A DNA stretch of 64,000 nucleotides from Octopus sinensis (lineage: Eukaryota): the NCBI RefSeq assembly GCF_006345805.1, contig NC_042999.1:2790001-2854000 (forward strand), in the 5' to 3' direction. How positions within the stretch are numbered: the stretch's first letter is position 1; every line of letters starts with the position of its first letter. Under the pieces are notes generated by a model. It was not told where the DNA came from. It searched no databases and was given only the letters and a program-made list of their open reading frames with translations. Positions 34,435 to 47,590 of the stretch are shown here, one piece after another. The translations under genes were made by a program, and so were the position numbers.

Positions 34435-34655
34435 ATCACCATCATCATCATCATCATCATCATCATCATTATCATCATTATAGTCGTCGTCATCATCATC
34501 ATCGTCATCATTGTCATCATCATCATCATCGTTATCATCATCATCATCATTATCATCATCATCATCATCATCATCATCGTTATCATCATTATCATCATCA
34601 TCATCGTTATCATCATCATCATCATCGTTATCATCGTTATCATCATCATCATCTT
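34435..34655. repeat. (CAT)n microsatellite
   Basis: Direct reading. Confidence 0.95.
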
Positions 34656-35409
34656 CATTGTCTAACGTCTGTCTGCTTTCTGATGCATGAGATGGTGTGA
34701 CTTGATCTAATGAGTCATAGAACTACACCAAGGCCCCAATCCCCAAGGTTTTGGTTTCGTGGTTTTGTAAGCGGATGACTTTATGGCAGCTGATGAAAGG
34801 CTTAAATATGATATAGGGATGGACACAGGTTTCTGATGTAGAGGAGATGAATGGCTACCCTTGCTGGAACAAGAAAAAAGAGAGATGGTAATGCAGGTGA
34901 ATATGAGTGATAGCCGTGCGGCTTAACAACTAGGGTATTTGGGTCTCAATCATTAGGTTGTGAGTTCAATTTCCAGTGGGGCATTGTGTCCTTGAGCAAA
35001 GCACTTTATTTCTCATTGTTCCAGCCCTCTCAGCTGATCTGTAGTTCAATGAGCTAACCTTGTCACATTTTGTGTCATACCCAATCTCCCTAATAACTAT
35101 GTTAAGGGGACTTATATCTATGGAGTGCTCAACCACATGCACATTAATTGCCCGAGCAGCTTGTTCCATTGATCGGATCAACTAGAACATTCATTGTAAT
35201 CGAAGGAGAGCCAGGCAGTGATAGAGGATCAGAAAGAGTCAGACACCAAAGATAAGCCCGTCTTTAATGAATGCTTTACTGAAATTATTCATCTTGATAA
35301 AAGAATCACCATTATCCCTTACATATCATTCTTTTAGGCCTTCTTTAATATGAACATGAATATACATACAAATCAAAATCAAATCAAATCAAGTCATATC
35401 AGATATCAG

Positions 35410-35860
35410 AAAGCAGAACCAAAATCGAAGTCGATCAACATCAATGGAAATTGCAGCTGTGATACCAGTGCCAGTGACAAGTAAGCGTACCATCTGATCG
35501 TGGCCGTTGCCAGCTCCACCTCAACTGGCCTCTGTGCCGGTGGCACGTAAAAAGCACCATCCGTTTGTGGCCATTGCCAGCCTCGCCTGGCCTCCGTGCC
35601 GGTGGCACGTAAAAAGCACCATCCGATCATGGCCGTTGCCAGCCTCGCCTGGCACCTGTGCGAGTGGCACGTAAAAAGCACCCACTACACTCACGGAGTG
35701 GTTGGCATTAGGAAGGGCATCCAGCCGTAGAAACTCTGCCAGATCAGACTGGGCCTGGTGCAGCCTTCTGGCTTCCCAGACCCCAGTCGAACCGTCCAAC
35801 CCATGCTAGCATGGAAAGCGGACGCTAAATGACGATGATGATGATGATGATGATGATGAT
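35410..35860 (+). mobile_element. 5'-truncated RTE 3' UTR copy with internal GGTGGCACGTAAAAAGCACC repeats and (GAT)n tail
   Basis: Matches 59080-59470. Confidence 0.85.
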
Positions 35861-36944
35861 AGGTGCAGGAGTGGCTGTGTGGTAAGAAGCTTGCTTCCCA
35901 ACCACTTGGTTCCAGGTTCAGTCCCACTGCATGACACCTTGTCTTCTACAAAATAATGAAACACTAGGTGTCACAAACTCCTCTCACATTAATGAACTAG
36001 TGTTTTGAAGATTCAATTATCTGAAAGGAGATAATAAGATAATTAAATACAACAGTGATTAGCATATTCACATTTGATTCTGTGAAGATGTATTAAGATC
36101 GAATCTGTATATCATCATTCTGATTGTTGCTGTTTACAATACTCATGATGATGATGATGTATCAGTTGGCAGATATCAACATGGATTAGCAGATAATTTG
36201 TTTGATGAAGTTATAAAACAAGAACCATGAACACTTGTTAGATTCACCAGCCCAGAGTTGCTATGACTAAGGAGGCTTAATGATGTCGAAACACCAGGTG
36301 TCACAAAATCCCTTTATGTTAATGAATTGAGTGTGTTATGAACACACATTCATCTGAAAGAAGTTGTTCTCCAATTCCAAAATACGACAGTGATTAGAAT
36401 GTTCACAACTGAATGTGTCAGAACATATTAAGATTGAATACGTCAGCCATCTTTCTGATTCTCACTGTTCACTATGCACATACGATTTATTATTCTAGAA
36501 TATTCTAACAAAGAAACCCCTTTTTTTCTTGACTGATGTAATGATAGTTGCAAAACTGAAGAAGAAGAAGAATACAGTATTCTAAGACTGCGAAATAAGG
36601 TACATTGTTAAATAAAAATGCAATGTTAAATACAAAATTATATAAAATAAAACAAGCAAAAACAGAATATGTAAAAATGTGATTGTCAATAAAATAAAAA
36701 AAAAAGGAAGATAATAGTTGCTGTTGGCATTTGGAATATTACTGTAGAATTATTAATTAATTGTTCACGTCTGAAGGGTAGAAATTGGGTTTTTTATTTC
36801 AGTATTATGAACAGCAAAAGCAGCAGCATAAGAAGCAACCTGTGATCATCACCACCACCACTACCAGTACCACCACCATTATCATCATCATCGGTGTCAT
36901 CATTACCATCATCATCAATATCATCACCATCATCAATATCATCA

Positions 36945-37990
36945 TCATCACCATCATCATCGTCATCATCATTGTCATCATTATTGTAAGCATCATCGTC
37001 ATCATCATCACCATCGTCACTGTCATCATCGTCATTATCATCACCATCATCACTGTTATCATCCTCATCACCATCATCATCATCATCACCATCATCATCG
37101 TCATCATCATTGTCATCATTATTGTAAGCATCATCGTCATCATCATCACCATCGTCACTGTCATCATCGTCATTATCATCACCATCATCACTGTTATCAT
37201 CCTCATCACCATCATCATCATCATCACCATCATCATCGTCATCATCATTGTCATCATTATTGTAAGCATCATCGTCATCATCATCACCATCGTCACTGTC
37301 ATCATCGTCATTATCATCACCATCATCACTGTTATCATCCTCATCACCATCATCATCATCATCACCATCATCATCGTCATCATCATTGTCATCATTATTG
37401 TAAGCATCATCGTCATCATCATCACCATCGTCACTGTCATCATCGTCATTATCATCACCATCATCACTGTTATCATCCTCATCACCATCATCATCATCAT
37501 CACATCGTCACTGTCATCATCGTCATTATCATCACCATCATCACTGTTATCATCCTCATCACCATCATCATCATCATCACCATCATCATCGTCATCATCA
37601 TTGTCATCATTATTGTAAGCATCATCGTCATCATCATCACCATCGTCACTGTCATCATCGTCATTATCATCACCATCATCACTGTTATCATCCTCATCAC
37701 CATCATCATCATCATCACCATCATCATCGTCATCATCATTGTCATCATTATTGTAAGCATCATCGTCATCATCATCACCATCGTCACTGTCATCATCGTC
37801 ATTATCATCACCATCATCACTGTTATCATCCTCATCACCATCATCATCATCATCACATCATCATCGTCATCATCATTGTCATCATTATTGTAAGCATCAT
37901 CGTCATCATCATCACCATCGTCACTGTCATCATCGTCATTATCATCACCATCATCACTGTTATCATCCTCATCACCATCATCATCATCAC
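36945..37990. repeat. 138-bp higher-order minisatellite built from CAT triplets, about 7.5 copies
   Basis: Marker GTAAG at 36986, 37124, 37262, 37400, 37615, 37753 and 37890. Confidence 0.9.
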
Positions 37991-38281
37991 CATCATCATC
38001 ATCACCATCGTTATCATTGTCATCAGGTACATATGAAGGTACATATGTCGTTGATTCCTGAATGTTTGTAAATGTGGCTTGGGTGACTTTTTTTAAGTTT
38101 CTTGCCTTCTGAGCTAAGCAAAGCTTGTATAGTTTGCTTCCTGGCTGTTGAAGAAGCTTCCATTTAATTATGTATGGGCTTCTTTCTTCATTTAGGCACC
38201 ATACATGGCTGCTCAAGGACGTGATGTTGCTCCTTTCCGTTATCCTAAAAGAGAGCCTATGGTTGTTCAGATGTTGCTTAA

Positions 38282-38500
38282 CCCTTTAGTATTTAAACCG
38301 GCCATATCTGGCCAAAATATTTAATCTGTTTTATGTTCAAACTGACCAGATCCAGGCCCTCACACCTACTTTACAATGTTATTCTACATTAAGTAATTAC
38401 ACCATCAAGATCTTGAAGATATGAGATAATGCATGATTAATTCAAATCAATGGGAATCAATAAGCATTATGTTTGATAGAATAATCTGAACACTAAAGGG
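38282..38500. mobile_element. piggyBac-type MITE with intact TTAA TSDs
   Basis: TTAA|CCCTTTAGT ... ACTAAAGGG|TTAA. Confidence 0.8.
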
Positions 38501-38859
38501 TTAAACGAGGGCGTGGTTGAGCCAACATACTTTCGTGTCTATGAATTGGATGGACTACCACCGTTAATTTTTGCTTCGTTAACTCTGGTTCTAATGTTGT
38601 TATTATTGTTGGAGTCACTGCTGGTGCTGATATTCCAGGACACGATGCTGGTTGTTCCCCTGTTGCTGGTGTAGCAGTCATTTCCAGCTGCGAAGTTGGT
38701 CCTGCTTCTGCTGTGGTATCTGTTGGTCTTGTTGTCTCAGCTGCTTGAAATGCTTCTGTAACTGCTACCATTGTTGTTGTTCTCGCTGTTGTCAGTGGAT
38801 GCATCATTCCCCCTTGAGCTGTTACTTTGGCCACTGCCACCACCATTTTTTCATTGTTT

Positions 38860-39210
38860 TTGCCAGCGCTGCCTCGACTGGCTTCTGTGCTGGTGGCACA
38901 TAAAAAGCACCATCCGAACGTGGCCGATGCCAGCGCCACCTTGACCAGCTTCCGTGCCGGTGGCACGTTAAAAGCACCAACCGATCGTGGCCGATGCCAG
39001 ACTCCCCTGGCACCTGTGCCGGTGGCACGTAAAAAGCACCCACTACACTCGTGGAGTGGTTGGCGTTAGGAAGGGTATCCAGCTGTAGAAACACTGCCAG
39101 ATCAGACTGGGCCTGGTGCAGCCTTCTGGCTTCTTAGACCCCAGTTGAACCGTTCAACCCATGCTAGCATGGAAAGCGGACGCTAAACGATGATGATGAT
39201 GATGATGATG
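38860..39210 (+). mobile_element. 5'-truncated RTE 3' UTR copy
   Basis: Matches 59200-59470; (GAT)n tail. Confidence 0.85.
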
Positions 39211-39419
39211 TTGTCAGTGGATGTACTGTTATTGCTTAGGCTGTAACTCTGACCACCAGTGGCAAGTACCTCCTCAGCCTCATACATGAACCCTTCAGTG
39301 GGGAATGTTATGCTGCTTGGAAACAGTGAGGTTTAGCGACAGGAAGGACATTCAGCCACAGAAAAACCTTCCACAGTAAATTCCGTTTGACCTATGCCAG
39401 GATTGAAACGTGGACGTTA

Positions 39420-39656
39420 CAATGACAATGAGCAGTAGGACAAAAACAAGGACGATGATGCAATGACGATGATGATGACGTCGATAGCGATGATGATGAT
39501 GATGAGAATGATGAAGACAATGATAACAATGATGATGATTATGAAGATTATGATGATGATCATGATCATGATGGTGTTGGTGATGAGGATGATGATGATG
39601 ACGATAGTGATGATGACGATGACAATGACGATGATGTTGATTATGATGATGATGTA
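39420..39656. repeat. (GAT)n compound microsatellite
   Basis: Direct reading. Confidence 0.9.
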
Positions 39657-39859
39657 TCTATGGCCACTTCCTGTGTGACATTTTCCCATGTAAACAGCAT
39701 ATAGCAATCTTGTTTTCCATTCTATTTAGAATGTGCTCGGTAAGTTTTCGTTTGTTTTCTTTTTGCGTTTGTCGTCTAGACTGAAACCAAATCTTTTATT
39801 TGTTCACATCACTGCATGTGTCTCGGGTTTCAGACACAAGCCACTTTAACTGTCCAAGT

Positions 39860-39907
39860 TGCATAATAATAATAATAATAATAATTATGATAGCAATAAC
39901 AGTAGTA

Positions 39908-39944
<37 letters not shown>

Positions 39945-40081
39945 TAATAATAATAAGGATAATAATAATAAAAATAATAGCAATAATAATAATGATCACA
40001 ATAATAATAGCAATAATAGTAATAATAATAATAATGATGATGATAATAATAACAATAATGATAGCAATAATAATAGCAATA

Positions 40082-40127
<46 letters not shown>

Positions 40128-40376
40128 TAGCAATAATAATAACAATAATAGTAATAATAATAATAATGATAATAGCAATAATAGTAGTAATAATAATAAT
40201 AATAATAGCAATAATAATAGTAATAATTATAATAATTATAATAATAGCAATAATAATAATAATAATAATCAGGAAAGTATTTGATAGCTGAAAAGAATGG
40301 ATTGTATGGTATCATAGGCTGCATGTAGCAAGCATGTGAGACTCCAGGAGCTTCAACAGAACTTGTGATAAAGAGA

Positions 40377-40415
<39 letters not shown>
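39860..40415. repeat. (AAT)n tracts enclosing a ~110-bp R4-like 3' end (40270-40378)
   Basis: Direct reading; IIRKVFDS* resembles the R4 ORF end. Confidence 0.8.
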
Positions 40416-40839
40416 TTCTCTGGTGTCAGTATGTATAGAGAATTATTTGTAACATGATTTGTGTAATAGATGCTAAATATCCTTCTCAAGTAAATTGTTT
40501 GTGAAGTGTTTACTGTTGTCGATTGTTTTCCTGTATGGACAATTCATGTCTAATACTTGCTACAACAACACCGATGTTTATACAAAGTGATTTATTTGCT
40601 ATCAGTTTTTCCCTTTTAATGCTAATATCAGATTTTCAAATGTGTCAATGCTGTAGTGTGAAGTGGCTTTCGTTTTTTCTTTCTGTTTTTTGTGAAGGAC
40701 GCGTCTCTTTTTGTTTCCAAACATGGGATAGTTTGGAAAGACGCTCTCTTCAAGTGAATGAATATAGCTAATCACTTATTGATGAATGCATGTTGTCAAG
40801 TAAAAAGTTAACTAATTGACTTAATACACACACCTATAA

Positions 40840-40878
<39 letters not shown>

Positions 40879-40884
40879 GAGATA

Positions 40885-41097
40885 CACCGGAGTAAGCACA
40901 TAAATGTGAAACAAGGTGGAAAAAAGAGTACACAAATGCCAGAGGTGGAGTAATATACTTTATTTAAAAACAGCAGAAATATAACAAAAGCTGTAACTCA
41001 GAGTTTCATGTTCACGTTTGTCGGACAGTTTCGTTAAAAAAAAAAATCCGAGTAACAGCTTTTGTTATATTTCTGCTGCTTTTAAATAAAGTATATT
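40885..41097 (-). mobile_element. Second copy of the fold-back family at 10753-10987
   Basis: CCGGAGTAA.CACATAAATGTGAAACAAGGTGGAAAAAAGAGTAC shared; 49-bp arms 40952-41000 / 41049-41097. Confidence 0.75.
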
Positions 41098-41307
41098 TAC
41101 AGATAGATGGATGGATGGATGGATGGATAGATAGATAGCTTACACCTACTAAAGGTAAATGGATACTCACTGACTGAATGTTACTGCTCAGTTTATATCT
41201 GGCTTTTATCAATGATGGTTTTTCTGTTCATTGTTTGTCATGGTTTTTTTCCATGCTTGAATGCGATTTCCATTTTGATTTCGAATTTTATATATATATA
41301 TATATAA

Positions 41308-41532
41308 GCACCATCCGATCGTGGCCGTTTGCCAGCCTCGTCTGGCACCTGTGCAGGTGGCACATAAAAAGCACCCACTACACTCACGGAGTGGTTGGTG
41401 TTAGGAAGGGCATCCAACTGTAGAAACACTGCCAGATCAGACTGGGCCTGGTGCAGCCATCTGGCTTCTCAGACCCTGGTCGAACCATCCAACCCGTGCT
41501 AGCATGGAGAACGGATGTTAAACGAATGATGA
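41308..41532 (+). mobile_element. 5'-truncated RTE 3' UTR copy
   Basis: Matches 59240-59460. Confidence 0.85.
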
Positions 41533-41650
41533 TATGTACATACTTACACACACACGCACATATGTGCATGTGTGTGTGTGTGTTAAATGAAATGAGATAT
41601 CAAAGCCAAGGCTGTGTGGAATTTTCAGGACATGTATATAGAGAAAGTTA

Positions 41651-41698
41651 GTCTTACAGCTGTTTCTGGGGTATTAGGGATATCCCTTCATCAGAGAC
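41651..41698 (-). ncRNA. Minimal type I hammerhead ribozyme motif (imperfect base of stem II)
   Basis: Minus strand GUCU-CUGAUGA-AGGG..CCCCA-GAAA-CAGCUG-UA-AGAC; palindromic ACAGCUGU stem III; stem I GUCU/AGAC. Confidence 0.65.
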
Positions 41699-41798
41699 GA
41701 TGTGAGATTGTTAAATAGAGGGAAATATTAGAGTCTGCTTACATAGCATTACCTGCCACCTTCGGTCTTCTGAATACCAATACCTCTCATAAATTTGC

Positions 41799-41841
<43 letters not shown>

Positions 41842-42631
41842 CAAGTATGGGGTTTTAGTTCACAGGTGATCTAAAGGATTAGGTACACTAGGTAAATGCT
41901 GTAACAGATTACTAGGGCTCCAAGGTTGTTGCCTGTCCTTTGTGTCGTCATTTCATTAATCTATACCCTTCTCAATAGATGATACTTGCCCAAGGTGCCA
42001 CACAGTGGGACTGAACCTGGAACAATGTGGTTGGCAAGCAAGCTACTTACCTCACAGCCACTCCTGCACCTATATCATTTTAATATATAATAACATGTTT
42101 TTTGGTGAGTTATATTGCATTAAAAATGAGACTTATAAATAGAAGTGGATTGTGTGAGTCTATATTTCTATATATTATAATATTGTTCAGCATAGACAAC
42201 GAGCGGCGATTTTGCTTCAAAAAGCCATTCTTTTCACACGATACACACTAATTCTTCTAACTGAAATAATTAAGCTTTACACACGTTGGTGCAATACTGC
42301 ATTCCTGTTATTTAATCCTGGGTCAGCCTGATTTAAAAGCATTCTGTCCTGACCATCTGAATTTTATGTTCATATTTCAAAAACAGTAGGATGCTTTGGG
42401 TGGATTTGGTTGGTATTTCTAGCAAGTTGAGTAACTAGAGAAGCTCCCTCATTAGTTCAAACACTCTAATTGATATGCACTGAAAAATGAGTAAATAGAA
42501 AAACGAAAATTAAGGAAAATCCATTTGCTTTATCTAATGTATATACATATATATCTATCCATTTGTTTATCAGTATACTTATATTCTTCTCCTTCTCTCT
42601 CTCTCTTTGTCTTCTCATATAATATGTTTAT

Positions 42632-42832
42632 ATCATCATCATCATCATCATCGTTTAGCGCCCGCTTTCCATGCTAGCATGGGTTGGACGGTTCAACTGG
42701 AGTCTGGGAAGCCAAAAGGCTGCACCAGGCCCAGTCTGATCTGGCAATGTTTCTACGGCTGGATGCCCTTCCTAACGCCAACCACTCCGTGAGTGTAGTG
42801 GGTGCTTTTTACGTGCCACCGGCACAGGTGCT
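42632..42832 (-). mobile_element. 5'-truncated RTE 3' UTR copy
   Basis: (CAT)n followed by CGTTTAGCGCCCGCTTTCCATGCTAGC..GGATGCCCTTCCTAACGCCAACC. Confidence 0.85.
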
Positions 42833-42847
42833 AGATGTGTGTATATA

Positions 42848-42879
<32 letters not shown>

Positions 42880-42957
42880 CTTGTACATGATGTGTGGTGA
42901 AATTATAGAAAGACGTCCCATAATACTCAGCAATTTAGTTTAAAATGGAGAAGAGAG

Positions 42958-43365
42958 TAGGAGTGGCTGCGTGGTAAGTAGCTTGCTTATGAACCACATG
43001 GTTCTGGTTCAGTCCCACTGCATGGCACCTTCGGCAAGTATCTTCTACTATAGCCTTGGGCGGACCAAAGCCCTGTGAGTGGATTTGGTGGACAGAAACT
43101 GATAAAAGCACGTCGTATATATGTATAAATATATATATACATATGTGTGTGTTTGTGTGTCTGTGTTTGTCACCCCCCAACATCGCTTGACAACCGATGT
43201 TGGCCTGTTTAAGTCCGCGTAACTTAGCGGTTCAGCAAAAGAGACTGATAGAATAAGTACTAGGCTCACAAAGAATAAGTCCTGGGGTAGATTTGCTTGA
43301 CTAAAGGCGGTGCTCCAGAATGGCCACAGTCAAATGACTGAAATAAGTAGAAGAGTAAAAGAGTA
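42958..43365 (+). mobile_element. SINE family A
   Basis: Full head-to-tail match to the other copies. Confidence 0.85.
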
Positions 43366-45065
43366 AGACAAGTTGTTAGAATATATATTTTAACAACTTG
43401 TCTTCTCCATTTTTAACTAAATTGTTGAGTTTTATGGGACTTCTTGCCATAAATTCACAACACACCATATACAAGTATGATTTTAATATCTTCGCAAATT
43501 TATGCCTGTAAACTACCAAGAAAATATGAAGAATCAGCCTTAGAAATCTTTTTTTGGAAACCTCCAAATTAAAGGTCGACTCTACATTCAACCTTTTTAC
43601 ACACACACACACACACACACATACACATATAATACCTAAACATACATTTGTATACATGCATATATATGAATATATATGACAAGAGAAGGAGATGGATGAA
43701 TGGATTAAACATACATGTGGTAGTAAATCTCAAATTACTTGTATCAAAATATATTTGTAGACATGTATAACTATCCATGTATATGAGTATATATATACAT
43801 TATGTATCAGTGTATATAACTATATGTATATATGCATTGTATATGTGTGGGTGCATGCAGGCTCATGTACGTGCATGTGTGTGTGTGTAATTCTGTGTTG
43901 GTTAACTGGATTATCTCCTCATATACAAAGGTTAATTCTGTCTGACGTTTGTAGGCTGTACTCATTGGTGAGTCTCAAAATAACGGGAATAGAATGGTAA
44001 TCCATATCGTGCTGTGTATTGATCCAAAATGGGCATCTCAAGGCATCGGATCTAATGCTCTAAAGTTTCATTTCTGCCATTTCAACTCTGGATCAATACT
44101 TTATTAATTGACCCCAAATGAATGGAAGTTTAAGGTGACCTCGGCAGAGAAGGGTAGAATCAATACCAGAATGCATTGTATCCAAAATTCTAATAATTCT
44201 GTACAGTCGCTATCTTGAATTGCAAAATGCCACCAAAAGCACGTGGTATTTTATCTGATGCCCTACCAATTATGATCATAACACTATTACTATGAAAATT
44301 ACCCAGCAAAATATATATGAAAACCCCTTTAGGGAATTATAGTTTGATACAGGCCACAAAAATTTATCTCCATTTCCTGCGTGTTCTTTCAATAATGTTC
44401 CTCTATTTCATTGCCACCGTTATACAATTGCTTAGGTTGCGTTATAACACACGAGATAAGACCACTGATAGGGGTTCCATATTGCTCTTGCACAACTTAT
44501 CGGCAAAGATCAAACATGGCGATATTTCTCACAGAAACATAATATACAACCACACAAGCATTTTCCCAAGATATCTAAATGAGGTTTTTTTTTCCCCCCT
44601 TAACTTTCACAAGAAAAAATAACCTCGATTCCTGATAAAATAATTACCACAAAGAAACTTAAACACACAGTTGCTAGTTTTTATTGGTTTTCGTTATCAG
44701 AGACCGTTCACCCACAACCTTTCTCTCCTCTCTCTCTCTCTCTTTCTCTCTCAGGCATCTGTACATGTACACCCACATACATAGTAATCATCTATCAATA
44801 ACAAATCAATAGCAACCAGAAATACAAATTTGTTATCAAGAATGGGATTTCGGTATCTGGCACTCCTGTTCGCCTAGTATAGAAACCTCTAGAAATTTAT
44901 GCCATTCTCTTTTCAATATTCATCATTGAGTCTTTGAAATGCAGTTATGGTAAACCTAATAATAAGTGTTTCTCATTTCAGAGATGAAAGAATATGTGCA
45001 TGTGTGCGTGTATATATATATGTATATATATGTATATATATGTATAATATGTATATATATGTATA

Positions 45066-45131
<66 letters not shown>

Positions 45132-46579
45132 GATAGATAGATATAGATGTAAGATCCAAGGATTGAGGTGTAGGGAAAAAGTTAGCTCCAAGCAATCCAT
45201 AGTAAATGTAAAAAAAACAGCTTTCAGGGACAATAGTGGTTTATTTAGTTGGAAGGTTGTGTATTTTTTACATATCGAAGTCTGATAAACTGGAAAAGTT
45301 TTTTTTTTTTTTTATATTTCACGGTAGGCAACCAGGGTTGTTGGGGGTGCAAATAAAAATACAAGAGTTACGGAATGAAGTAGATAGGATTTCTAAAAAC
45401 AAAATAGCTTATTGGTGAGACTGTTTAGACCTTATTTTGTCAATTCAGTTATGCTACTTTTTTTTTTTTGTTTGCTATTGTAGTAGCATCAGCTGCTTTC
45501 TTTTCCTCGCAACTACCACCACGAATATGAGCCAATACCCAAATTCTTCCCTACTATTCTGTCTTTAGGACTGAAAGGTTTGTTGAAGTCAGACCCTTTT
45601 CAATTTTCCTGTTCTCCTACCGTACGGGACTTTAGTCACTCCTTCTTGTCTTCCTCACTACTACTCAGAAAATGTTTTCCCTGAATCTCATCTAAAGATT
45701 ATCACATATATACATGCCATCTAACTTCTTCAAACTAGACACCAATATCTAAGTATTGTCTACTCCTAATTAGATTACCTACAAAAAAAAAAAACAAAGA
45801 ATACCAATGAAAGTGATCCCCACAAATTATGAATCCACAAACACATTTCCCTTTTTAAGAATGAAGGACAACCCAGAATAACGAGCCTTGGGTATAAGAA
45901 ATTCATCATCAAGCATAACAAATGTATATTCCTTTCATTAGCTGCCAAATGGGTATCACTATAGTTTCGACACCTGGGCAGTACTACTCAATCCGCCAGT
46001 GTTAATAGCGTTAAAAACATAAACACAGCCTGGGAATCCACTAGCTTATTATGACAAGTAACAGCATCAGAGTGAAACAAATAGCCATAAGTTTTAGCTA
46101 CAAAACAGTACTTAAAACAAAGAATTTATTCCAAAAGGAGCTACACATAATACAACAAACATAGACAACAAGATAATTTGGTTCTTAATCAATGGCATTT
46201 CATGCACATGATATGATACCAAAAATAATATATTTATATATGTACATATATGTGGCTTTATTTATGTTTCTTTTGTTACGATACTCGTTGTTTCTGTGTG
46301 TAGTTTTATGTTGAAGGTCTACATTGTTGGTCTTCACTTTTAGTTCTTGTTTGCCCATCACCTCAGTGATATTCGCTATATCACTGACACAACCAGAGGA
46401 GTAATAAGACTTTGAATGGACCAAAACTATGATGACTTTGGTTTATATGGCTGATAATAGGATTTCCACGTATATTTGTCCTTGTCCTGTATCGTGTTCT
46501 ATTTCAATATTTTTCATTTCTCTGTGTTTGTATGTGCAGTTGAAGGCATGCAGCTTAGTAGTTAGGAGTTTATTTTGTT

Positions 46580-46882
46580 GTTTGTTCCTTCTCGAGCCAT
46601 GCCTGGCTCATAAGGGCCGGTTTCCCGGTTTTCTTGGCGTATAGTTTCCCCACCTGGATGGGACACCGGTCCATCACAGGTGAGCTGCAAGATGCAGGAG
46701 GAAAGAGTGAGAGAAAGTTGAGACGAAAGAATCAGCAGAAGTTTCGCCATTACCTTCTGCCAGAGCCATGTGGAGCTTAGGTGTTTCGCTCATAAACACA
46801 CACGTCGCCTCAGTCTGAGATTCGAACCCGTGATCCCTCGACCGTGAGTCTGCTGCTCTAACCACTAGGCTATGTGCCTCCA
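46580..46882 (-). mobile_element. SINE with family C-like head and distinct (AACAA) tail
   Basis: Minus strand GTGGAGGCACATAGCCTAGTGGTTAGAGC..GGTTCGAATCTC; tail GATGGACCGGTGTCCCATCCAGG. Confidence 0.75.
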
Positions 46883-47254
46883 CAAGTTAGGAGTATTCGG
46901 CACACAATCATAAGGTTGTGACTTCAATTCCTGGTAGCACATTGTAACCTTGAGCAAGACACTAATTTCACATTGTTCCAACCCATTCAGCCAACAAAAT
47001 TGAGTTTTGCTTCTGATTCAAAGGGCTAGACTTGTCACATTCTGTTTCACACTGAATCTTCCTGAGAACTACATTAAAAGTACACATCTGTGGAGTACTC
47101 AGCCACTTGCATGTTAATTCCACAAGCATGCTGTTCTGTTCATCGGATCAACTGGATCACACATCATTGTAACCAACAGAGTGCCAATTACAGTCTGTAT
47201 GTGTGTGTGTGTGTGTACATATGTGTGTGCATGCATGTATTTGTGCATCGGTGA

Positions 47255-47590
47255 GAACAAGAATAATGAAATATATCACCGTGATCACCGTGACCAACCA
47301 GGTTATCAAATGTTGCTATACATCGTTGATCACAATGCGCTTCGCATTGTTTTAGCCTTCAAATGACGCCAGCCCACTGGCTAAGTGAGCAGGCCAACAG
47401 AAGAAAGAGTGAGAGAAAGTTGTGGTGAAAGAGTACAGCAGGGGTCGCAACCACCCCCTGCTGGAGACTCGTGGAGCTTTAGGTGTTTTTCGCTCAATAA
47501 ACACTCACAATACCTAGTCTGGGAATCGAAACCGCGATCCTACGACCGCGAGTCCGCTGCCCTAACCACTGGGCCATTGCACCTCCACAA
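47255..47590 (-). mobile_element. SINE family C
   Basis: Reverse complement of 9052-9350. Confidence 0.85.

Noticed and set aside
36785-38216. 277, 232 and 238 aa ORFs, and a possible CRISPR-like periodicity
   Set aside because: CAT-triplet minisatellite with identical units and no unique spacers.
39800-40489. N-rich, I-rich and Y-rich ORFs
   Set aside because: (AAT)n read-through.
43955-43967. 13-nt candidate microexon (TTTGTAG | GCTGTACTCATTG | GTGAGT)
   Set aside because: Good splice signals, but expected by chance at this window size, not a multiple of 3, and no neighbouring exons identified.
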